A DNA stretch of 64,000 nt from Octopus sinensis (lineage: Eukaryota): contig NC_043025.1 of assembly GCF_006345805.1 (NCBI RefSeq), forward strand, positions 5,828,001 through 5,892,000, written 5' to 3'. Made by a program: the position numbers and the translations under genes. The notes beneath the pieces are model-generated. The model worked only from the letters and a program-made list of their open reading frames with translations, made no database searches and was not told the origin of the DNA. Of this stretch, positions 1-10,611 are shown one piece after another (within the stretch, counting starts at the first letter, position 1; each line of letters opens with the position of its first letter).

Positions 1-505
1 ATGTACATTGTTTTGTCTTGGTATAAAAGATGGGCCACAGCAATATTCTGCTCAATACACAGATTTGCTAATGCCCTGATGCAGTACCAGGCAGTGGCTC
101 TCATAGCTTCTGATCTTAACTGATTGGAAGTGTTATCATGTACATTGTTTTGTCTTGGTATAAAAGATGGGCCACAGTAAATATTCTGCTCAATACCACA
201 GATTTGCTAATGCCCTGATGCAGTACCAGGCAGTGGCTCTCATGGCTTCTGATCTTAACTGATTGGAAGTGTTATCATGTACATTGTTTTGTCTTGGTAT
301 AAAAGATGGACCACAGCAAATATTCTGTTCAATGCCACAGATTTGCTAATGCCCTGATGCAGTACCAGGCAGTGGCTCTCATAGCTTCTGATCTTAACTG
401 ATTGGAAGTGTTATCATGTACATTGTTTTGTCTTGGTATAAAAGATGGGCTACAGCAAATATTCTGCTCAATACCACAGATTTGCTAATGCCCTGATGCA
501 GCACC
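1..505. repeat. About 139-bp tandem repeat, about 3.5 copies
   Basis: atgtacattg recurs at 1, 138, 277 and 416; the same unit forms the array at about 21880-22850. Confidence 0.9.
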
Positions 506-793
506 ATGGAAAAACAGATGTTAAATGATGAGGATGATGATAACGATATATATATATAGATATCAATTTGTGTGTGTGCCTTTGTGTCTGTTTGTCCCCC
601 ATCGCCACTTGATAACTGGTGTTGGTGTGTTTACATCCCCATAAGTTGGAGTTGATTTGTTTGACTAAAAAAGCAGTGCCCCAGCATGACCACAGTCGAA
701 TGAATGAAACAAATAAAAAGTAAAAGATAAAAGATATTGCAAATGAATGGCTTAGACTTGCCTAAAACCGATCTAAGGTAGGTCAACACAATC

Positions 794-1075
794 ATCATCA
801 TCATAATCATCATCATTTAACGTCCGTTTTCCATGCTGGCATGGGTTGGACAGTTCAACAGGGTCTGGGAAGCTGGGAGGCTGCATCAGGCTCCAGTCTG
901 ATCTGGTAGTGTTTCTACAGCTGGATGCCCTTCCCAACGCCAACCACTCCATGAGTGTAGTGGGTGCTTTTTACGTGTGCCACCAGCACAGGGGCCAGAG
1001 GAGGCTGGCAACGACCACGATCGGTTGGAGCTTTTTACGTGCCCCTGGCACGGATTGGTTAGTGCTTTTTACATG
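794..1075 (-). mobile_element. 5'-truncated RTE-LINE 3' UTR with (GAT)n tail
   Basis: Matches the 3' UTR attached to the RTE ORF at 58047-58895. Other copies at about 8840-9387, 24600-24870, 29480-30402, 46708-46915 and 59140-59212. Confidence 0.75.
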
Positions 1076-1124
1076 CCACCAAGGTACCAAAAGTGCTACA
1101 TTGGAAACTAAATAGGGTCTGGAA

Positions 1125-2069
1125 CAGTGGTTCTCAAATGGGGTCCATATAAGATTTTTGGGAGTCCATGCAACAAAATAGTAAACTGAGGATCCACAAT
1201 AGAATTTTAAGGGCCCCTGAAAAAGTTTTGCTGTAGTTGTATCTGTTGGTATGTATTGCAAGAAACAGCTGGGTTGCTTTAACATTTTTATATAGTTCAA
1301 CCTACACAAGTTAATGTGTGGAAAACAAAATAGGAATTTTGAAAGAAGTTTCTATAAAACTAGTTTTTAAACATTGGATAGCTAAGGGGGTCAACCAGAA
1401 TGAAATAGTAATCAAAGGGGTCCGTAGATAAGAAATGGTTGAGAACCCCTGCTTTAGATGTATGTATTGGTTATGTATTGCAAGAAACAGCCGGGTTTCT
1501 TTCTCCAACATTTTCCATAGTTCAACCTACACAAGTTGATGTGTGAAAAACAAAATATGAATTTTGAAAGAAGTTTCTATAAAACTAGTTTTTAAACATT
1601 GAATGGCTATGGAGGTGGGGTCCACCAGAATGAAATAGTAATCAGAGGGGTCCATAGATAAGAAATAGTTTCCTTCTCTAACATTTTCCATTGTTCAACC
1701 TACACAAGTTAATGTGTGAAAAACAAAATAGGAATTTTGAAAGAAGTTTCTATAAAACTAGTTTTTAAACATTGGATAGCTAAGGGGGTCAACCAGAATG
1801 AAATAGTAATCAAAGGGGTCCGTAGATAAGAAATGGTTGAGAACCCCTGCTTTAGATGTATGTATTGGTTATGTATTGCAAGAAACAGCCGGGTTTCTTT
1901 CTCCAACATTTTCCATAGTTCAACCTACACAAGTTAATGTGTGGAAAACAAAATAGGAATTTTGAAAGAAGTTTCTATAAAACTAGTTTTTAAACATGGA
2001 ATGGGGATTCACCAGAATAAGATAGTAATCAATGGGGTCCATAATTAAAAAAATTGTTGTGAATCCCTG
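1125..2069. mobile_element. hAT-like non-autonomous element with internal tandem duplications (about 398-bp period)
   Basis: CAGTGGTTCTCAA start with TTGAGAACCCCTG-type ends; near-identical ORF-track translations at 1311 and 1709. Confidence 0.55.
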
Positions 2070-2593
2070 GTCCAAAGAGGGAAGTAAGACGTGGTATTTT
2101 GATTTTTGATTTTTCCAGTTTCAGCTAATGAGCTGTGGCCATGCTGGGGCACCGCCATTTGTATGAGTACAAACTGCAGGGAGTGTTTTACACAGAAAAC
2201 TGTAACTAGAAACATCTTATATAATTTGGTGATGCTTGTTTCAAAACAAGGTGACAGTTATACACACATATATATGAAGGGCTTCTTTCAGTTTCCTTCT
2301 ATTAAATACATCTACAAGGATTTGATAAATCTGGAGCTATAATAGAAGACACTTGCCCAAGGTACCACACAGTGGGACTGAACCCTAGAACCATGTGGGT
2401 GGAAAGCAAACTTTTCTACCGCACACTCATGTCTGCACTAAGATATGTGTGTGTGTGTGTGTGCATATGTATGCACACGCGCACACACACACACATGCAC
2501 CCCCCTACACTCCTATGTATATATAAGTCAACTGGTAATTTATAAATAAATAATTAATTATGTAAAACGTTTAATTATTTAAATCATACAAAC

Positions 2594-2800
2594 CTCGTCT
2601 TCTTGTTGTAGGGCGTGGGGATACTTGTCCCCTATGATCACGGCAGGCTCTCAGGCAATCCCCATCGCTATCGAACCTGTTCTCGTTTCCTCCACAACCA
2701 CCATACCAGAACTGTTTGCACCTTCTAGTCTCAGGGTCGTAGCCCCACTTCTGGGTGTAGTCAGAACAGGAACCGCGGTCGTGTTCTAAGGAACAGTGAG
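2594..2800 (-). CDS. Ppn: Exon 17: Kunitz type A'' + short linker, [12 protein letters not shown]...[21 protein letters not shown]
   Basis: tttgcag| acceptor, G|GTTTGT donor; 207 nt, phase 1-1. Frame absent from the ORF track. Confidence 0.9.
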
Positions 2801-5800
2801 CTGCAAAAAGGGAACAGATGAAGAGACAAATTAGAGGCAGGGACAGTGGCTTAAGGCATGATGACTATTTTTTTTACATAAGGTAGAAAAAGGGGCTGGA
2901 GTGACAGAATTCAGAAAATAAGGAACAAAGGGAATAAAAGTAAGATCCCTATTTTCATTTGTAAAGGATTAAAAGAAAACAAAAGCAATTTATTTTTACT
3001 CAAAGCAAAGCCAGATAAAACCCCGCATGCCAGTCTGTTGAATAACACTACCCTACCTATGCTTTTGTACACAAGTTAACTGTAGGCTACTAAGAGAGAA
3101 CATTAACCCTTTCATTACCAACCTGGCTGAAACCACCTCTGACTCTGTTGTACAAATGTCTTGTTTTCCTAAGTTTGGAATTAAAATCTTCCATCAAACC
3201 TTAGTCACAATTTATGTCACTAATACTAGCTTAATGATAACAAAGTTATTTTACTAAATTCTTTCTTATATTTAAAATTAATTGAAAGAAACACAGAGCA
3301 CCTCAACAGAAATATGGTAACAAAAGGGTTAAAGTCACCATGATATTTTTAACCCTTCTGATGCCAACCCGGCTGAAACCACCTCTGGTTCTGTAGTACA
3401 GATGTCTTGTTTTCCTAAGTTTTGAATTAAAATCTTCCACCAAACCTTAGTCACAATTTATGTTCCTAAAACTAGCTGAATGATAACTAAGTTATTTTAC
3501 TAAATTCTTTGTTATATTTAAAGTAATTGAAAGAAACACAGAGCACCTCAACAGAAATATGGTAACAAAAGGGTTAAAGTCACCATGATATTTTTACCCC
3601 TTTTGATACCAACCTGGCTGAAACCACTTCTGGCTCTGTAGTACAAATGTCTTGTTTCCGTAAGTTCTGAATTAAAATCTTCCACCAAACCTTAGTCACA
3701 ATTTATGTCACTAATACTAGCTGAATGATAACTAAGTTATTTTACTAAATTCTTTGTTATATTTAAAGTAATTGAAAGAAACACAGAACACCTCAAAATA
3801 AATATGGTAATGAAAGGGTTAAAGTCACCATGATATTTTTACCCCTTTTGATACCAACCTGGTTGAAACCACTTCTGGCTCTGTAGTACAGATGTCTTGT
3901 TCCCGTAAGTTCTGAATTAAAATCTTCCACCAAACCTTAGTCACAATTTATGTTCCTAAAACTAGCTGAATGATAACTAAGTTATTTTACTAAATTCTTT
4001 GTTATATTTAAAGTAATTGAAAGAAACACAGAACACCTCAAAATAAATATGGTAATGAAAGGGTTAAAGTCACCATGATATTTTTACCCCTTTTGATACC
4101 AACCTGGTTGAAACCACTTCTGGCTCTGTAGTACAGATGTCTTGTTCCGTAAGTTCTGAATTAAAATCTTCCACCAACCTTAGTCACAATTATGTTCCTA
4201 AAACTAGCTGAATGATAACTAAGTTATTTTACTAATTCTTTGTTATATTTAAAGTAATTGAAAGAAACACAGAACACCTCAAAATAAATATGGTAATGAA
4301 AGGGTTAAAGTCACCATGATATTTTTACCCCTTTTGATACCAACCTGGTTGAAACCACTTCTGGCTCTGTAGTACAGATGTCTTGTTCCCGTAAGTTCTG
4401 AATTAAAATCTTCCACCAAACCTTAGTCACATTTATGTTCCTAAAACTAGCTGAATGATAACTAAGTTATTTTACTAAATTCTTTGTTATATTTAAAGTA
4501 ATTGAAAGAAACACAGAACACCTCAAAATAAATATGGTAATGAAAGGGTTAAAGTCACCATGATATTTTTACCCCTTTTGATACCAACCTGGTTGAAACC
4601 ACTTCTGGCTCTGTAGTACAGATGTCTTGTTTTCCTAAGTTTTGAATTAAAATCTTCCACCAAACATTAGTCACAATTTATATTCCAAACACTAGCTGAA
4701 TGATAACTAAGTTATTTTACTAAATTCTTTGTTATATTTAAAATAATTGAAAGAAACACAGAACACCTCAAAATAAATATGGTAACAAAAGGGTTAATTG
4801 GTGACAACACAAAGGGCCGTAGAGAGATACATTTTCGTAACATATCAAAAATCAAGTAATGTGAGAATGAAGTGGAGTGAATGCTGTGACTATAGAACCA
4901 AAAGCACAAGTTCCACAGAGCTAGATATATGATAAGATTCACAGAAAACAGGTGGACCCATGTCGTTGCCAGGTAGTGTCTAAGAGATTTGAAAAGAGCC
5001 CTTAGAAGGCCTGCATGCTGATTAGAAGATGATTTAGTTAAATGAAAAGGGCTAAGAAGAAGGGTGCAATCAAGAAAGATCTGAAAGCGCATTGTGACTA
5101 GCAGTGTATAACCACACCTGCCAGTTTAAGTGATGCAGGTGGTACAGCTAAGAAGTTATATTTGCTTGTGACAGATGGCTAAGCTTTTCCAAAACTGAGA
5201 GAGGAATCAGAAAAATTGGTTTGCTGGTAGTTAATTAAATTGGTTTGTTGTTAATTAATTAAATTGGTTTGTGGTAAGTTAATTAAATGGTTTTTTGTCA
5301 GTTAATTAAATTGGTTTACTGTTAAATAATTAAATTGGCTTGTTATTAATTAATTAAATTGGTTTGTGGCAAGTTAATTAAATGGCTTTTTGTCAGTTAA
5401 TTAAATTGGTTTACTGTTAATTAATTAAATTGGCTTGTTGTTAATTAATTAAATTGGTTTGTGGTAAGTTAATTAAATGGTTTTTTGTCAGTTAATTAAA
5501 TTGGTTTACTGTTAATTAATTAAATTGGCTTGTTGTTAATTAATTAAATTGGTTTGTGGTAAGTTAATTAAATGGTTTTTTGTCAGTTAATTAAATTGGT
5601 TTACTGTTAATTAATAAATTGGCTTGTTGTTAATAATTAAATTGGTTTGTGGTAAGTTAATTAAATGGTTTTTTGTCAGTTAATTAAATTGGTTTACTGT
5701 TAATTAATTAAATTGGCTTGTTGTTAATTAATTAAATTGGTTTGTGGTAAGTTAATTAAATGGTTTTTTGTCAGTTAATTAAATTGGTTTACTGTTAATT

Positions 5801-7433
5801 AATTAAATTGGCTTGTTGTTAATTAATTAAATTGGTTTGTGGTAAGTTAATTAAATTGGTTTTTTGTCAGTTAATTAAATTGGTTTACTGTTAATTAATT
5901 AAATTGGCTTGTTGTTAATTAATTAAATTGGTTTGTGGCAAGTTAATTAAATGGTTTTTTGTCAGTTAATTAAATTGGTTTGTTATCAGTTAATTAAATT
6001 GGTTTGTTATCAGTTAATTAAATTGGTTTGTTGTCAGTTTATTAAATTGGTTTGTTGTCAGTTAATTAAATTGGTTTGTTGTCAGTTAATTAAATTGGTT
6101 TGTTATCAGTTAATTAAATTGGTTTTTTGTCAGTTAATTAAATTGGTTTGTTGTCAGTTAATTAAATTGGTTTTTTGTCAGTTAATTAAATTGGTTTGTT
6201 GTCAGTTAATTAAATTGGTTTTTTGTCAGTTAATTAAATTGGTTTGTTGTCAGTTAATTAAATTGGTTTGTTATCAGTTAATTAAATTGGTTTTTTGTCA
6301 GTTAATTAAATTGTTTTGTTGTCAGTTAATTAAATTGGTTTTTTGTCAGTTAATTAAATTGGTTTGTTGTCAGTTAATTAAATTGGTTTTTTGTCAGTTA
6401 ATTAAATTGGTTTGTTGAGCAGACAATCCATTTAAAGATCTGGGTTCTGTGACTAAGATTCTGTAGAAATCTTTAGAACTCACTGGGCTATAATGTAATG
6501 GAAAAGAATATAACAACAAAACAATACTAACCACCTCCGGACATAACTGGAGTTGGTGTTGGTGTTGGTCTTCGGGTGCTATGAGAACGAGGGTGGGTAA
6601 CAGTTGGAGTCCTTTAAGCGTGTGTATGTTTGTGTGTCTGTGTTTGTCCCCACAACATTGTTTGACAAATGATGCTGGTGTGTTTATGGCCCTGTAACTT
6701 AGTGGTTCAGCAAAAGAGACCGATAGAATAAGTACTAGGCTTACAAAGAATAAGTCCTGGGGCCGATTTGCTCAACTAAAGGCATTGCTCCAGCATGACT
6801 GCAGTCAAATGACTGAAATAAAAGGTAGTGATACAGACAACCCAATAATAAAAATAACTGTATAGTGATTCCAAAATATGCTCACCATTTTCTGCTATCA
6901 CTCGGGGACGGGTTACCTCAGGTCTTGTTGGTGTTGGTCTTCGGGTGCGAGGGTCGGTAACAGTTGGAGTCCTGTAATTCCGACAAGCTTTCAAGCAGGC
7001 CCTTTCATCGTCGAATCTGTTCGTATTTCCTCCACAACCACCGTACCAAAATTGTTTGCATCTTCTAGTTTCTGTGTCATAGGCCCACTTTTGTGTGTAG
7101 TCAGAACAGGTGCCACGAGCTGGTTCTGCAGAGCAGTGTACTGGAAACAGGGAACAGAGAAAAGAAAAGAAAAAAAAAAAACAAATGAGAGGCATAGATA
7201 TTAGATTCACATAAGATTTCAAATTTAAAAAAACCTTTAAAAAGATCAAAATAATGGGACGCTCAGGTAGAATTCTGAAATGGCTACAGAATAACAAGTG
7301 AAAGAGCAAATCGACCCTGGGACTTATTCTTTGTAAGCCCAGTACTTATTCTATCGGTCTCTTTTGCCGAACCGCTAAGTAACGGGGACGTAAGCACACC
7401 AGCATCGGTTGTCAAGCAATGCTAGGGGGACAA

Positions 7434-7478
<45 letters not shown>

Positions 7479-10400
7479 CGACAGGCTTCTTTCAGTTTCC
7501 ATCTACCAAATCCACTCACAAGGCATTGGTCGGCCCGGGGCTATAGCAGAAGACACTTGCCCAAGATGCCATGCAGTGGGACTGAACCCGGAACCATGTG
7601 GTTGGTTAGCAAGCTACTTACCACACAGCCACTCCTGCACCTATGGATATTAGAATAACAAGTGAAAGAATAACAGTCTCGCTCACATTCTTTCAAAGTA
7701 TTACCAAAAATGTTCTCACCATTTGCACCTGTGACTGGGGGCCTTGGTGTTGTCTCGACTGGTGGCCAGGTGCGACTGGGTGTTGGCCTAGTGTGAGGGT
7801 GAGTTAGGACCCACTGTGTTAAAACTTCATGAAAAAACAATAAACCAATACTAACCAATTCCGGGTGTAACTGGAGCGGGAGTTGATATTGGTGTTGGTC
7901 TTCGGGTGCGAGGGGTGGTAACAGTTGGAGTCCTGTAATTCCGACAAGCTTCCAAGCAGGCCCTTTCATCATCGAACCTGTTCGTATTTCCTCCACAACC
8001 ACCGTACCAAAATTGTTTGCATCTTCTAGTTTCTGTGTCATAGGCCCACTTTTGTGTGTAGTCAGAACAGGTGCCACGACCTGGTTCTGCAGAGCAGTGT
8101 ACTGGAAACAGGGAACAGAGAAAAGAAAAAAAAAATGAGAGGCATGAAGTTTATATTTACATAAGATTTCTAATTTTTATGGGGGAAAAAAAAATTTAGG
8201 GATTTTGGAGCATAATTCTGAAAATAAAACTGAACAACAATTTAAAAAAAATTTTCTGTTGCATGAAATTTTTTTACTGATTCTAACTATCTTTTTGGTG
8301 CTAATTTCAAATCTGTAATTAGTTTTTTCTCCATGCTCTGGTTTACTTGAAATTTGAGATGAATTTTTAATGTATTTATAGTTAGGTTTGACATATTTAG
8401 ATACACATGTCCTACTTACAAAGAATTGACAATTGTGGTTTTTGAGATCTGACCGTGGCTTTCTTAAGTAGACATAAATGTGTGAATAATCCTGGTGGCT
8501 TCTGCTAAGTCTGTGACTCCTTCACACTTATTCCTCAAAAGCACGATATCACATTGTTTGTGAGTTGGGCTTATAAAACCCATTTTGGAATTCCCCTAGG
8601 TGACCAAGACAAAAAATTGTGCACCTCATGCTGCATGTCATAACTGTGAGGAAATGCTTTGTGACTGGACAGAAGGAAAATGAAAGGGGCCTGCTGTTTG
8701 GAGTTCCTATGGTTTGGCAAAAGCCCAAGGACCAGACAAGTGATGGTTACTTTTGTATGGGCAACAGAAACGGCATTGGCAAGAAAAATAGGCTTAAGAT
8801 ATCTTATCCCAATATTCCTTGCCAGTGCCTTTTGTATTCATCATTCATCATCATCATCATCGTTTAGCGTCCGTTTTCCATGCTAGCATGGGTTGGACAG
8901 TTCTACTGGGGTCTGTGAAGCCAGAAGGCTGCATCAGGCCCAGTCTGATCTGGCAGTGTTTCTACAGCTGGATGCCCTTCCTAACACCAACCACTCCGTG
9001 AGTGTAGTGGGTGCTTTTTACGTGCCACCTGCACAGGTGCCAGATGGAGCTGGCAAACGGCCACGAATGGATGGTGCTTTTTATGTGCCACCGGCACGGG
9101 GGCCAGGCGAGGCTGGCAATGGACACGAACGGATGGTGCTTTTTATGTGCCACCGGCATGGGGGCCAGGCGAGGCTGGCAACGGACATGAATGGATGGTG
9201 CTTTTTATGTGCCACTGGCACTGGGGCCAGGCGAGGCTGGCAAACGGACACGAACGGATGGCGCTTTTTACCTGCCACCGGCACGAGGCCAGTCGGGGCG
9301 GCGCTGGCAACGGTCGCGAAACGGAAGGTTCTCTTACATGCCACCGGCACTGGTAACACATCTGCAATTTCCTTTGATCGATTTCGAGTATTGGCCATAC
9401 AAAAGTAACCCTCACTTGTGTGGCCCTTGGGCTCTTGACAAACCATTTAGACCTATTAAGCACTCTGAGACACTCCTGATTCCAGTTTTCCTTGGGTTGG
9501 CCTCTTCCGAACACAAAGCTAGCGAACAAAGTATGAAGATGATAATGAAGATCAAGAATTTATTTCAGAATCCAAGACACCTCTTATGGTACCATAAAAT
9601 CAACACCTCAACAGTTTAGCCAAACAGAACTGAATGATTTAGTGGGTGATTTGGGATTCTCCAAGACTGTAACTAAAGTTCTAGCATTCAGGTGACAAGA
9701 AAAACATCTGCTTGACCAAACTGCAAAAGTTTCGTATTTGCTGGAGCATTTAATGAGATTTCCTTGAGAAAGTCTAAAAATGCTAGAGTTCCAAGTGAAA
9801 ATTCTTGCCTGAGAAGGATCTGTTTGTGTTTTATTTTCCATCCTAATCTGTTTCACTCTTTTACTCTTTTACTTGTTTCAGTCATTTGACTGCGGCCATG
9901 CTGGAGCACCGCCTTTAGTCGAGCAAATCGACCTCGGGACTTATTCTTTTGTAAGCCCAGTACTTATTCTATCAGTCTCTTTTGCCGAACCGCTAAGTAA
10001 CGGGGACGTAAACACACCAGCATCGGTTGTCAAGCAATGCTAGGGGGACAAACACAGACACACAAACATACACACGCACATATATATATATATATATATA
10101 TACATATATACGACAGGCTTCTTTCAGTTTCCGTCTACCAAATCCACTCAAGGCTTTGGTCGGCCCGAGGCTATAGTAAAAGACACTTGCCCAAGATGCC
10201 ACGCAGTGGGACTGAACCCGGAACCATGTGGTTGGTAAACAAGCTACTTACCACACAGCCACTCCTGCGCCTAGTTATCAACTATTTACATCTCTCATTT
10301 GTATATACTATATATATCTTCAACTGTACAACAGATGGCACAAAAAAAGAAAGAAAAGAAAATGATGCATGAGAACATTTATTTTACACAGTATAGGTGC

Positions 10401-10555
10401 AGGAGTGGCGGTGTGGTAAGAAGCTTGCTTACCAACCACATGGTTCCGGGTTCAGTCCCACTGCATGGCACTTTGGGCAAGTGTCTTCTACTATAGCCTC
10501 GGGCCGACCAAAGCCTTGTGCGTGGATTTGGTAGACGGAAACTGAAAGAAGCCTG

Positions 10556-10611
<56 letters not shown>

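Noticed and set aside
5951-6418. 155-aa Cys-periodic ORF (LIKLVCCQ)n
   Set aside because: By-product of a 24-bp satellite whose period is a multiple of three.
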